Shown: positions 1-13,585 of the stretch, piece after piece
Position numbering within the stretch: position 1 is the stretch's first letter
Layout of the letters: every line of letters begins with the position of its first letter
Assembly: GCA_965645245.1 (NCBI GenBank)
Contig: OZ287070.1
Coordinates: 310,001 to 374,000, forward strand
Direction of reading: 5' to 3'
Source of the DNA: Massalongia carnosa
Taxonomy: Eukaryota
Length of the DNA: 64,000 nt
Made by a program: the position numbers and the translations under genes
The notes under the pieces: generated by a model
The model's database searches: none
Seen by the model: only the letters and a program-made list of their open reading frames with translations
What the model was told of the DNA's origin: nothing

Positions 1-363
1 TAAGCTACTCAGTCACGCTAAAAAAGCACATAGCGAGATGTCTCAACCACCTAAGTCTCCTTGAATTCAGTAGCCAAATACTTCGGAGTGATGAGAAAAC
101 GCATCTCTTAGGGCAATGTCCAGGCTCCTTGTTGTTGCATCTTTTCACCAAGGGAAAGAAAACCGGTGCAGATGCCGTGTAAAAGATCCCGTTGAAACAC
201 AGCATCCGAGTTAATCCGCCTCGAGCAGTCTCGAGCATCCTTGAGGACGGCTTATTCTTCTAGACCGTCGAACATGCATCGACTCTATTTAAGAACTCCT
301 GTTATCCTACCTTTCCTCTTATTGTAGAAAAACCCAAAGCTCTCCTTCACACGCTATCTCATT

Positions 364-1312
364 ATGCATTTCAACTTCTTATTTAGGATATACATTATTA
401 TTTCGTTAAGCACAGCAAAGCCAGTTAAGGAAACCTTTCGAGAATCAAGGGACTTGACTGATTTAGACCCTTTCTACGATATTCCAAGCGAATCGAACCC
501 TTTAGCTATCTCAAGCGGCCTGTTAGCTTCAAGCAATCTCGACCTTGTCGATCTAGCTGCAGCTTCTCCTCCGTGTGATGATCAGGCGAATGCCGACTCC
601 TCTGCTGACCTCCTGTTTCCTCAAATATGGAATTCGAATACATTGACCAAAAGGGATGCCATGCAAGTTGCGAATCAAGTGTTGCCAGAACAAGAAATTG
701 AAGAAGCACCGCCATCAGCCTGCCCTGCAAAGCGACCGTCATCTGGACCGTCATCTGGACCGGGGTCGTCGCCCCTAGTACCAGAAATTCCACAAGGTTG
801 GCCTGACTGGATTAAGAGATGCAATGATGCCTTTCTGGTTGCAGGCTGTTGCGATGGAGATCAGCGCTTGTCTAAAGAAATTCCGCATGAAAGGCCAGTA
901 CCGGGCAGAGTGTATATCGACAAGGATGGCTGCATTAACGGTATACTTTTCCCTTTTCATGCCAAGAGCTCGAGGTTTGCATAGAACGTGCTGACATTAG
1001 CTTAATGCACAGCCGACTTGGGGAATGATCACAAAGATCTAAAGTGTCTTGAACCTAATAATCGATACTGCTGTAAAGGTATCACGTGGGACTCTCCAAA
1101 CGGAAAAGTACGTGATTCCCTCGTTAAGCGTTGACTCAACTCTATGATGAGCTGAAAAGAGTGTCTAGGATGCCAATCATGGGCACTTTTGCGTCAAATG
1201 GAATGATAAGACCCTTCACCCGATCGGAACACCTGTTTATCCAGAGGTTTGGCCGGATTATCAGCCTGGCCGTCAGCCTAATTTGCCTGAGAGCGGTGGG
1301 CGCCAACGCTGA
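364..1312 (+). CDS. Secreted Cys-rich protein with hydrophobin-like 8-Cys spacing (exons 364-940, 1013-1107, 1169-1312)
   Basis: N-terminal signal peptide MHFNFLFRIYIIISLSTA. Introns GTATAC..CTGAC..CAG and GTACGT..TAG join in frame. Spliced C-terminus gives C-x8-CC-x26-C-x13-C-x7-CC-x18-C, with stop TGA at 1310-1312. Confidence 0.7.
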
Positions 1313-2359
1313 GAGAGCGAAGCCACTCCCTTCTCTCAAGCGGGCGGTTCCTGAGGAAGAGCTTAACCTCTGTACCCTTCTTGCCCCCCCCCCCCAAATC
1401 CTCCCCCCCGGGTTGGCCAAGTGGGCTGGTAGCACGATACCTAGGTATTACTGTTCATTCGTGGCCACTCAGCAGAAGTTGCATGTTGATGCATTTGTTC
1501 ACGTATTCATCGACCCTTAACTATCATCAAACCTGTCCCTACATCAACCAAGTCTCACACAATGTACCTAACAAAGCTCGATGACTCTGACGCCTTGCCT
1601 AAAACCCTCCCCCCCCGGATTTATAAAAAGAAGTCAGTTCTCCCTTTATCAAGTATATGTATCTATCCTCCTGTTCTCGTCTAGGTACTCAAAACCTCCA
1701 CTTAAACCGAGACTCTGTCACGCCATCGTTTGAAATTCCTATCGTAGAGTGGTCCAATCTGGTCCCACAGCAACATTTCCCGATAATCGGTGTAACAACA
1801 ACAACAATCCCTCGTGATAACGACTACGATTATATAATAAATCCCGGTTCCGGAGAACGTGAAATGCTCTCGAAGAGGGCTCTCCTTTCAACAGGTTGTG
1901 GAGCTTCGGGAACAGTCCTCCCCTGCCCTGCTCTGGATCCCAAAAAAAAAAAAAGTTCCGGCACCCAGAGGAACTGAATTCGAGCAAATAAACAGCAAGC
2001 CCAGGCGGGAGGAAAAGGCAAAAAACTATTTTGCTTCCCTTTTTCTTTCGTTTTTTTTCTTCTTTTTCTTTCAACACCTTTCTAGTTCCTATTTAGGTTG
2101 GCGGGGAGGAAAGAGTGAAAAGGAGAGAGGGGAAGCAAAGATATTAGATAGGATGAGCTTGTTAGCATGATAGGAATCCTCGAGTTATGTTGTCTAATAG
2201 ATTAATCAGAAGAGGGTGAGACATGTAAGATGAAATCACGAGGCAAGTGATCATCAAAGTTATTTACTTTATCTAAAGAAGTATGCGAGACTAGTGCGCC
2301 AATGCATTTCCGTAAAACATAATCCAATAAACATATAGCCAAGAACTCCATATCTCTAC

Positions 2360-5300
2360 CTAAAGAATCACAACGTTGCTGATTGGCACTCCCCGCGCCT
2401 GTACCGAATACCGACGCTTGATGCCCACGCCGGTCGCGGCTCTGAAACTCTCCCACGTCTCCTCGCCACCCCCGACCATCACCATGGGAATCGGATGATG
2501 GCGCGCCAACCCGCTCGGCGTGATCTGCGCCGTCTCGAGCCAGGGCCGGATGAGGTAGCCCTTGGGGAAGCCGGCCGACTCGTCTTCCTCGTGCGACACC
2601 ATGACGATGAGCTGCAGCGAGGCCTTGGACGGGGCGAAAGCGGGGATGTTCTGCAGCTTTTGGGAGAAGCTGCAGCCTCCTCGCATGAGGACAAGGACTT
2701 GGTGATCTCGGGGAATGTGGGGCGGGAGTTTGCCAGCGCAGTTCTCGTCGGCGACGTGGATGGTGTGCCAGAGTAAGGTGCCTTGTGGGGAGCCGGAGAT
2801 GTCGGGTCCTTGAGCATCGTCGACGTCCGGGAGGGGTGCGGCTCCCGCACCTGTCGGAGTTATGGCTGGGATATACAATCGTGAGTGCTTGACGGGCTCT
2901 AGAGGGGGTTCCTCGCGGATGAGGTTTGTGACTTGTTGGAGAAGGGAGCTGAGGGCTACCATCATGGATGCGGCCGCGGCCGAGCCATCCTCGAGCGCTT
3001 GCACCAGCATTGCATCGGGAGATACTGTCGTTAGAGATTCATTGTGTTTGACATCGCGGGTGGCTTCCTGCTTCGCATCCCTGCTTTCGGAATCTGTAAT
3101 GTCTACAACCAGATCAAGCATGATGGAGTCACGAATTCGGGTAAAGTTCGGATCCAAAGGATTGACAACACTGGAGGCTGTTTCCTTTGCCAAGAACACC
3201 CTCTCGTCTTTGCCTAGGAGAATATTGTTGATCGCATGCACTCGATAAAGGTCACCATCAATACCGCTGCCTGCTTCGACGGGAACATCTTGAACCATGC
3301 CAAGCCGTACCCCTCCCATGGAATTCACCAGTATCCCATTAACAACGCGTTGGAGCACTCCAGGGCCAAGCAGCGTATTGGGTGGGGAAGGAAAAGTAAT
3401 ATCAAACGTGGCTCTTGGCGTGAGTTTGGCACAGATCCCTTTGGATGGAACAAGATGAAGTGGCAACGTCCACGGGAAGTACGTATAATTCGAAGGTGAT
3501 CTCACATCGGATATTGAGATACTTGGATGATCGCGGGAGTACTCTACAAGAGGAGACTCTAGGGTTTCCAGGGTCGGCATCAAATGTAGGCGAGCGAGGT
3601 TGGCAGCATGAAAGAGATCCTTTCTTGATGCTGTTGCTGAAATCGAAAGAGGAAGCATTGCCGGAGGCAGAGGACATACCTCGTCAGCAGAGTCTTGTGG
3701 TGATTCTGTTGGTCTTGAGTTGGGCCTATGTGGATTCCGCGCCTTAGTATTAGTATACTTTGGTAGGATCAGAGGATGTCCTTCTGTGGAAAATACAAAC
3801 GGCGCATCGAGCTTATTGAGCGGATGATCTGAATCAAAAAGTAGCACAAGGTATTTGATCGTTTCTCCAAGAAAGAAGCTTTCCATGCGATCATTTTGTT
3901 CGCCCGTCCTTACGTCTTGAATTCCCGTCCATCCGCACTTTGCCCAGCATCTTCTTTTGATATCTCGTAGTGCCATTTCTCCCACATGCAGATACCATGG
4001 ATCGCGAGTGGTCCTGTAAAGGTGATAAGTGGATTCGATGAGTTCCGGCCGCCCACCCCACCACCCAAGACCGCCTTCAACGCCTCCGCTCGAGGTAGAC
4101 CATCTTTCTGGCAAAGCAGAGAACCGAGCCCACAAAGCGGTTAACAAGATGTGGGTTTCAGCAGCTTCTTCAATATCTCCCATCAAGGTCAATAGACCAG
4201 GGTAAAAAGCACTTAGACTATCGAACCAAAAGGCTCGGGCGGCTCCGGTGTGCATGTCCGCTTGAATATAATGTGGATGAATAAAGGTTTTCCCACGATA
4301 CAAGTGCCGCTTGATTGAGGCTTGAGAATCCTGCCAAACCTTTAAGAAATCCTCCGCTGGCTGATCTTCCTCCGACGGGTCTGATAGATTATAGGATGTT
4401 GGAAGTGGCACCATCGAGTCATAAGTCGATGAAGAACCAGAAAGAAGAATATATGACTTTGCAGCATACTCAAAGAAGCTATCAATCCCGGCGCCAATCT
4501 AAATAAAGCGGTCAGCTTCAACCCAGTGCAGATTTCGGACAGAGGTGACCAACGCCAGTATATGAACTTGTCCAGAATCCAGTCTCGGCATCAATTCCAG
4601 AACCAATGAGACCTATTGAACTTCTCCGCTCCCAAATTGACCAAAACGCTCGCTTGGCAAGTCGCTCAAAGCGGGGATCACCTGTGAGCCGGCTCAACGT
4701 TGTGAATTCCAGAACGAGACTGCCTGCCCCAGCACTGCACGTTTCGGTGAGCTCTGCAATCGGTTTTTGTGTCGTTTGGCATTGCCCATGCTCCGCATCA
4801 TAATTCAGTGGCGAGCTAGCATAGAACGGGATGCCATGTCGAAGATTGACCCGTGGGTACGGTAAACCGGTTGAAGTATGAAAAGCAGGAAGCAGACGCT
4901 TCCCTAGGTCTTGCGCAAGCCGCAAGAGCTGCCCGTCGTACGTGAAATTATTCGGCCATTGAACATTTTGTGTTCTCTGATGACTTCTGCTACCTTCATG
5001 GCGCAGGTGGCTAGGCTGATATCCCTTTATCGGCAAATCTCCAACCGCAAAAAGGTGACCGCTCAAGAGACCCCCGACACCCCGAATGACTGTTTCGAAA
5101 ACTTGTACCTTGCTATCAAGATCAAAGCCCTTGCCACGAAGTCCATGTCCATTTGCTCCAGCAGATCCATCTCCATACTGTTCTACCAAGTCCGCAACAC
5201 CATTTTGGAAATAACGGAGGGCTTTGTTCTCTTTGCCTTCAGTGTGAGTAGATGAAGCTAGTACTGCTAGTGTCGACAGACTATCAATCATAGTCAGAGA

Positions 5301-5658
5301 ATAATTCCCTAGGACATCATTAATCTCGACATGTGACGGATTTTTTCGATCCCTCGTTAAAGGTATGCAGGTAATGGGCCGTATCTCATCCTCAGGAAAG
5401 GCATGCTGAAGGTAGCTTTCGTAGCCATGATAGAACATATGCTCAGCCTCTTGCCTATAACCCCATCTATCAGCATCACGCGACGTGGCGAAGGTAAGGG
5501 GGAAATCACCTCAGCACTTTCATCTGGCCACCGGTCATACCCTGAGCAGGGGCGACACAAAAAGTCCATAGCAGGCAGCATATCCATAACACATAAATTT
5601 GAGGGCGCAAGCTCCATAGACGTCGAGCCTCTAGAAGCCGGTCGCATATTTGCGGCAT
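2360..5658 (-). CDS. MNL1: ER degradation-enhancing alpha-1,2-mannosidase-like protein (GH47, EDEM/Htm1 type) with C-terminal PA domain; exons 5658-5510, 5454-4554, 4498-2360 (~1062 aa)
   Basis: GH47 motifs MFYHGY...AFPEDE, VQVFETVIRGVGGLLS, GLPYPRVNL, RPELIESTY, MESFFLGETIKY, FSTEGHP; PA motif RGGCSFSQK; signal peptide; exon lengths sum to a multiple of 3. Confidence 0.92.
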
Positions 5659-6032
5659 CACCAAGGAAAAGCCGAGACATGAGACCAATCAAGTACGGGA
5701 AGTCGTCGCAGCTCCATATAAGCAAAACGTAAATTGCGATAATAGAATTCCAAGCGCAAGTCTTTCTATTATGGATCTTACGGTCAAGCCGTCTTGGTAA
5801 ACGGTCGCGGAGACGTGGCCGTTTCGTTGCAAGCTAGCCGTGTTAGGACAGAGTATGTAGGTAGGTTGCACGGTAGGTACTTTGTACTGTACCTTGAGCA
5901 ATTACATATAGGTTTCCGGTCAGCAACAGCAGAGTCGGATACCTTCCTGTTCCTCCTTTTGCAACGTCAATGGATTATAGGAATAAAAATTGAAAGCAAT
6001 ACTCCAAAAGTCTAATACACTGGAAATCATTC
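5659..6032. promoter_or_regulatory. Short bidirectional intergenic region shared by MNL1 and FRS2
   Basis: Head-to-head start codons about 375 bp apart. Confidence 0.5.
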
Positions 6033-7915
6033 ATGGCTACGGATTTGACTTCTCGAGTGCTGGACGCGCTCTCACAGAGCGATGGCCCGATCCGCAGCAG
6101 CGACGCTTTTTTGTCCATACCATCATCCGTGGTCAAGAGCGCTCTCGATCGGTTAGGGTCACGCGAAATGGTGTCGTACAAAGCAATCGATCGAGAAGAA
6201 GCAGTCTTGACAGCTGAAGCAGAAGGGATTGCGGTGGATGGAAGTCACGAGGCCAAGGTGTTCGAGGCGGTGCGAAAGGCGGTCGAAGGATTGAAGATTG
6301 TGGATCTGCCAGTACGTTGGCTCAACTGTACGCCAGCTCGTCTGGATACTATCTGGTTATGGTGGGCTGACTGCGGTGCTAGAAAATTGTGGGAAAGGAA
6401 AGCGCAAAGGTTGGACAGGGCAAGGCTTTCAAAGAGGGATGGATTAGGAAAGAGAAAGACACGCTCAAAGCCAACGTGAGGCATGAAGCAGTAACACAGA
6501 TAGATATCTTGACTGAATGGCATCAGATAGAATCGATAACGGATACGAGCCAAGAACAACTACGTCTAATCCAAAAAACGCGATCTCATCCCGACCCAAA
6601 GGTCCTTAGCGATTTACGAAAGAGAAAATTGATTACAATGCAAAAGGTCATAAGCTATGAATTTACCAAAGGCCCAAACTTTTCGACCGAATTCGTCAAG
6701 GAAGAGACGGATCTGACGTCGGATATGCTGGCAAGGTACTCTTCACCTATCTAGAACATGAGGAAAAGAAGGTTAACCTTCTCAGTGGTGCATGGAAGAA
6801 CGTGAAGCTAAAACCCTACAATTTCAAGGCCAAGGGAGCCGTGACGCCTAGTGGAGCTCTACATCCATGTATTCCTCCCTTGTGGCTCATAGTGGGTAAG
6901 AACTGACAAGTTACACGCAGTAAACAAAGTGCGGCATGAATTTAGGCAAATCTTTTTTGATATGGGGTTTGAGGAGATGCCCACAAACCGGTAACACATC
7001 ATTCTTCTCTTCAAGAAGCGTGGGGAATCTAAACCTTCTAGCTTCGTCGAGACAGGCTTCTGGAATTTCGACGCTCTCTTCGTCCCTCAACAACATCCCG
7101 CACGAGACCTTCAGGACACCTTCTACATCTCCGACCCCCCTTCAGCGGACAAGCCTCGAGAAGACCCTCAAAAAACCCAAGACACCTCCAACCTTCTCTC
7201 GTCACCCGACCAAAAAGAGGCCCCTTTAGATTACGACAAATACTGGAACTCGGTCCGCGAAGTGCACGAAACCGGCAAATTCGGCTCCATCGGCTACCGC
7301 TACCCCTGGAATCCGGACGAGTCCCTCAGATTAGTTCTCCGAACCCATACAACCGCCGTCTCAACCGCCATGCTACACAAACTAGCCGCTAATCCGCGTC
7401 CGGCACGCTACTTCTCCATCGACCGTGTCTTCCGCAACGAATCCGTCGACGCCACGCATCTGGCCGAGTTCCACCAGGTTGAGGGTGTGATCGCTGACTT
7501 TGGGCTTGCGCTTGGCGGGCTCATCGGCTTCATGGAGGTGTTCTTTGCCAAAATGGGCATTCATCGTATTCGCTTCAAGCCAGCGTATAACCCCTACACG
7601 GAGCCGAGCATGGAGATTTTCGGCTTTCACGAGGGGCTGAACAAGTGGGTGGAGATTGGCAACAGCGGAATGTTTCGGCCGGAGATGCTGGAGCCCATGG
7701 GCTTGCCAAAGGACATGCGAGTTTATGGATGGGGGCTGAGCCTGGAACGACCGACAATGATCAAGTGAGTAAAGTTCTCTTACGTGAGTAGAGCTGAAAG
7801 CTAATGCGATACTTCTGGTAGGTACCGGGTGAAGAACATCCGCGAACTTCTGGGCCATAAGGTCGATTTGAATTTTGTGGAAAGCAACCCTGCCGTTAGA
7901 TTGGAGAAAGATTGA
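6033..7915 (+). CDS. FRS2: Cytosolic phenylalanyl-tRNA synthetase alpha subunit (7 exons)
   Basis: Motifs [101 protein letters not shown]; six canonical GT-AG introns. Confidence 0.97.
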
Positions 7916-8160
7916 TCGATGAGTGAGAGGTAAAGGGCGAATTCAAGTTAGCGTGGATAGAAAAAATATCCGCTTTGAGTAGAGTTCTATCAGTGTCTGC
8001 AGCTTCCAAAAGCAGAGAAACGAATATGCTGCGCCACCCTATCTCAATCCCCTTTCCCCCCAAATCAACCCCTTTATCTCCACACCCATAACTTCAATTA
8101 CATAAGCATGCCATCCATCCGCATCATTCCAAAAATCAACCGGAAACAAGAAAACCAAAA

Positions 8161-8279
8161 ACATACAACAACCAGGATTCGCTGGTGGTCACCCAACCAA
8201 CTACTAGCCGATCGATCTAAGTTTTCAGTTGGCAGAGCGGACGGGATACCCTGTTTGTCCTCAGTCTGTGGTCGTATGT
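8161..8279 (-). rRNA. Dispersed 5S rRNA gene (divergent variant)
   Basis: Minus strand reads ACATACGACCA...TCCCGTCCGCTC...TAGTAGTTGG..GGGTGACCACCAGCGAATCC...TGTTGTATGT (119 nt), followed by a T-run Pol III terminator; matches ascomycete 5S hallmarks. Confidence 0.9.
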
Positions 8280-10765
8280 GAAAGGTAAAGCTCGGATTTT
8301 GATCCAACACTCCAGAAATCAGATTTAGTATTCGGTGGACGTGATGAGATCACCGCCTCCTTCCCCATCCAACACGCTTTACATCAAGATCCCGGCCGCC
8401 CCTTTCTCCTCCCTCGAACAGCGCCTCTCCCCTCCGCGCGTAAGAGACCGCTCAGGTAAGTTAACCTACCTACCCACCTTCCCCCTTCCCCCCTCCCCCC
8501 CCCACCTATCCTTCTCGTCTCTTCCTTCCGTTTTTCCCTTTCGCACAATCTTCATCCCTCCCGCCCTCTTTTTCCCGCGATATTTGGACAGCTTGTGTTT
8601 TCGAGCCCCTTCATGTTTCTTCTTCGATCCGTATTTCTTGGGAAGGTGCGGAGGCCGTGTTCTTTGGTTCTTTTCCTTCCTTTCTTTCGGAAAAATTTTT
8701 TTTTTTTTTTTTGGTTAGCTTAGGGTTGACTTAGGTTAGTTTCGGGCGAGATGTTTGAGATGCGCTATGGGCAGCGTAGTAGTAGTAGTAGTGGTGGTGG
8801 TGGTGGTGTGTATTTAGGTAGGGAGGGAGGGAGGAGAAACGGGAATGCACTCTCTTGCTGTGGGGGTCTCTGGGAACCGAAGGGGTAGATGCGTTTGCAT
8901 TTGCATTTGTTTTGTTTGTTTTTCTTTCTTGTTCTATTCACTGTTTGTGTGCTATGCTGTACTGTGTTATTCGCGTTTTTCCTTTCTTTTCTTCTCTTTT
9001 CCTCTTCCCCCCCCCCTTATTCTCCTTCCATTCCCCCGCACGCGTGCACATTAGCTATCATTATGACAAGAACTAAATCCCATACACCACCTCCTTCGTT
9101 TTCCGCCCCGTGCAATCCACCGTGGCGATTTCTGAGAAGTTGGGCCAGACCCCCGTGTTCGTGTGTTCGTTTGTCGAGAATTAATACTGTAGGTATGTGA
9201 GCAGGCAGGCAGTTACATGCGTTCAATAATTCTCGTTCTTCCATCTCTCTTTCATCTCTGCATCTCTACCTCCCTGGCTACAACAACAACAGCAGCAGCA
9301 GCATCATCATCCAAGATCGATCCGGGGGCATATCCAGATTCGCCATGGCCCTGGTCCGCGGAAGAAACTACTGGGTGGCTGGGTAGAGGAGGGGGGGAGA
9401 AAATAGGATGGAGGGGGGAGAAACGAGAACTGAGTGAGGAACGGAACGGAATAGAGATGATGAGAAATTGTGGAAACGCGATGCTACAAGCTTCCATCCC
9501 CACCTTCCTCCCCCCTCTGAATCAACCCCCTCCCCAAAACGTGCGTCTCAAGGATGACAAGGCATAACACAAAAAAATGAGACAGGATGAACCGATGACA
9601 AACGAGAGAAAGAAAGGGGAAAAGATTCTCAAGACTTCCCAACCATAACCAAGGATATACTTTCCCCATCAAGGAGCTTTGATAGGTAATCCTCTCCTCT
9701 TCTCTTCACCGACTCTCCCATCCGCAGAAGATGATGAATTCTCCGGGAGGGGGGGAAGAAAAAGCCAAAAAAAAAAGAACGTCGAGAACTACCTACGACC
9801 TGGGAGAAAAAGAGGGGGGATATATTTAAGCAGAACAGGATGATGGTTATATAGGTCGTAGGTTTGCTCGCAAGGAAGATGAGGATTGAGGATGAAATGT
9901 TCCGCTAACGAGAGTTTTGAGGTGAAAACGATATTCATTCCAGGACACGTCATGGCATGAAATCCGTCCATCTTTCTTTTGGTCAGAAACCCAAGATCAG
10001 GCAAGCCATTCTGTACTTCCAATCCTCTCCCCCCCCCTTTTTTTTCGTTTTAAATCTCGAGAAAATCCCGTTTATCCATCCATCCACACATAACCTTGAG
10101 GTAGAATTTATCTATCAATCAATTAATTAATCAATAAGCCGCCGGCTCTCACTCTCTCTCTGTTACCAACCATTACCACAACCCCCTCTTCCTTCTTCAC
10201 GTTTTCCCGTCTACCACCCTAGCTACCTATCTCCCTATCTATCCCACGCGAGAATAACCCTCCAAAAAAAAAGATCCACAAGGAAAATAAATCTCAAAGA
10301 TTTTCACATACTTACATACATACATACATACATACCCAGGTAGCCCACTCCGCTAGGGAGAGAGAAGAGAAGGAGAAAATGGCTTTTTTTATTCTTGGGC
10401 AAATTGATAGATAGGTACATATCTACGTAAAATGATATTTAGGTACCAAGATAGATAGATGATGGATAGGATGGACGGATCACTATTGGAGAAAAAGCTA
10501 CCTATTTAGTTTAGGTGTTTATTTTGCTCCTTCTACAGAGTTACATATCCACACGACCCGTCCACAACCACGCATCCACACTCCCCCCTCTTGCAATCTC
10601 CCCCCTCGCTCACCGTACCTACATACATATAAAGTGCACAACATTACAACCGTATCGGCACGTAACGGGTATTAATCTACTATTAAGACGTGGAAGACAA
10701 AAAACTCCATTCCGAGGAAGCGAATGAACGCGGGAAACACCCCCAATCGGTCAGTCACGCCGCGC

Positions 10766-11595
10766 TCAGAGCATGGCGCCCATCACGCCCGCCACGCCGA
10801 CCAAGGCGGCCATGGCCACCTTGCGGTCCGCGGCCGCACCGGTGAAAGGAGCGGGGGTGGTCTTGGTGGTCGAGGCATTGGTGCCAGTGGCATGAGTGCT
10901 TCCTTTGACGACGGGTGTGGATGCTTTGGAGGTGGGGAAGGGAGCGGCGGACGTGGTCGCTTTGGTCGTGACAGCTGCGGCCGAGGTGCTGCCAGTGGTG
11001 GCCTTGGCGGAGGCGCTTCCGGTGGTGACCTTAGCGGAGGCGCTGCCGGTGACCTTGGCGGAGGAGGCGGGGAGGGTGGCTGTCGGGAGCGAGGTGTCGA
11101 CGGTATGGAAGTTGGCGGGGAGGGTGATGCCGTTTGCGGCGGCGCAGGCGGAGGGAGAGTCGCCCTATGAGTGGGTTAGATGGTGATGAACCGATGGCGG
11201 AGAGAAACCACGGGGACACGTTACGTTGGGGCAGCAGTAACCCTTGATGAGGCAGAAGGAGCCGGATCCGCACGGGTCTGTTGGGGACGGTGAGCGAGGC
11301 CCTTGACGTCTAGTGTTACCACGACAGGAGGGAGGGGGTGGTTCATACAGCCTTCCGAGCAGCACGAATCGCCTATGCTCGCATCATAGCAAGTGCCGCT
11401 GTTGGCGCAGAGCTTGGAGTTTGCTCCGAACGCATCCACGCAGGTGGCTCCGAAGCCCTGGCGGGTACTGGGCACGAAGGCATCGCCGCCTTGACGCACT
11501 TGGAGGAGCGCGCGGGGGATGACGATGTTGCTGGACAGCACTCCGCTCGCCAGGGAGGCGGAGACGAGGAGGGTGGAGAGGGTGAATGAATGCAT
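10766..11595 (-). CDS. GPI-anchored cell-surface protein with Cys-rich N-terminal domain and Ser/Thr/Ala-rich stalk (3 exons)
   Basis: Signal peptide; spliced [42 protein letters not shown]; S/T-rich region; C-terminal FTGAAA..VAMAALVGVAGVMGAML hydrophobic tail; introns with GTATGA and GTAACG donors. Confidence 0.85.
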
Positions 11596-13585
11596 CGTGA
11601 TTCGAGATAATCTACGGAGGAATTTTTATGTACGAGAGATATCAACGAGGAAGACAAGACAGCGAATGTGTGTGTTCTGTAGCGAGAGTGATCGAGTGAT
11701 GCGGAGGGAGGACAGGATGATGGGGGGGTCGGAGGCTGAAGCTTATATAGAGGCCCAGCGGAAATGATCCTACGAAAATCCATCACAACAAACATCGGCT
11801 AGTTTTACTACCTCTCTCTTTGGCTCGTTGTCGCCAAGCATGGTCTGACTTCTTCAGTGCCCGTGCTAATCTGGGCTAGCCCAAGGGGCCAATGAGAAGG
11901 TTAAGACTTGGGGGCTGGACGAGGTCCAGTCACTTCCCACGCAAACGATTTCCCATCCGACTAACCGGAAGCGTGACACCCATCCACTCTTGGCTTTCCG
12001 TTGAAGCCATCGCCACGAAAGGGGGATTCTGCCTTGCACCACGATGCCTGATGGGGGTGGAGTCAGTCCATCGGGTTTGGACTTCTGGACCTCATCGCTT
12101 TCGGCTTGGTCTAAGTACGGCTGTCGGGTCGGTCGGTGTCAATAGCATCAATCACCAATCACCAATCATGAAGGGTGTCAGGCGAGGACGACGAGCAAGG
12201 GGGGCTGGACGCGATGCAAGCGATTGGATCGAGATGCATCACTTCTCATCCCTGATCCCCGTTCTGGTCTTGGTTCATGGCTCTGGATTGATTTAAGCTT
12301 GAACCCTTTCACGGCTTTCCCCGAACTCCAGCTGCAGACAATTGATCCCTGGCATGCGAAATGAACAGCCAGCGATTGGGCTGTGTTGGGCTGTACTCCG
12401 TACTCGGTACTCGGTGCGCCCTGTGTGCCGGAATAGGGAGAATGTGATTGGATTCGCTATTAATAATCCACTTCATTACTTAAAAAGTTAACCGAGTTAG
12501 CGTTGGGTGGGGGTGGCCCAGTGCAGGGCTATGCCCTCCCCCACCATCAAGCCCTAACCATAGGTATCATTTCTTTTCTCGATAGGACAGGATGATGGGT
12601 GATGGGGTGATGGGGTGCTTGATTGGGTGCTTGATTGCATTGCAGATGGAGAGATACACCGATGCAAGGTACTAAGTATACTCGGTTACTAAACAAAATT
12701 TAAAAAAAAAAATTTAAAAAACATGAGGAAATGAAGGCTCTCAGCCTTTCAATCGTACTCGTATTCTTCTCCTCACCAAACTAAACCTACCTCCTCATCA
12801 CCACGCAAAATGAGATCGATCGTTCATTCTGCTCAACTACTACTTTGCCATATTCACCCATCCTCAAACAATCCACCAATCCCAGCGCCCACATATGCGG
12901 AAGGTAACGGGACGGGTCGATGAACGTAAAGGGGGACATCGAGATGAAAGATGAAGGAATAACGAAAAAAGGAAAGCGAAATATCCCCACGCCATGAAAT
13001 CACACGTCCAAACTACAACACAAGATAGCCTACCTCACGAATCGGGTTTCCCGATGCTCAACTCCGTCCTCGGATGGATGGATGGATGTGTGTGTTTTTC
13101 CTGCCTGCCTGGTGGTGGTGGCTGTTGGGGTGTGGATAGATAGGTGGATAGGGGAAGGGAGGTTTCCATCGTCATCATCACCGCGGCGAGAAAGATGGTG
13201 GATGAGAACAAGCATGGGAGACGTGGGACGGGTTGGATTCGGTGGAGGGAGGGGACGAGATCACCATGCGGATATGGGCGTCGGGGGAATCGGAAGTATT
13301 CTCGGCACATGGGTTGGAGTAAGTAGTTAGGAATTAAATTGGTGGCTTGGAAGCTGTTCCAAGGCCGGACCATGCATATCTACATACACATGCGCGCGGC
13401 GGAGCTGGCCAGAGCTCCTTGGTTTTCCTCCCCGGAGGCTGCTCCGGAGAATACATACCACACGCGCTCCGATCCCCCACTCCCACAACACCCGTCCCTT
13501 TCCCTTTCCCTTTCACTTTCCCTTTCCGTCCATACCGTTCACATTCGATTATCGTAATTCATCAACATCACGGCTTTTCGGCCCA

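Noticed and set aside
8720..8730. TTAGGGTT and other isolated CCCTAACC matches as telomere repeat or telomerase RNA template
   Set aside because: Single short matches expected by chance; no array or supporting structure.
8344..9200. Short ORF ending at a perfect CAG/GTAAGT donor (8456), suggesting a first exon
   Set aside because: No downstream exon with coding character could be joined; the surrounding sequence is low-complexity.
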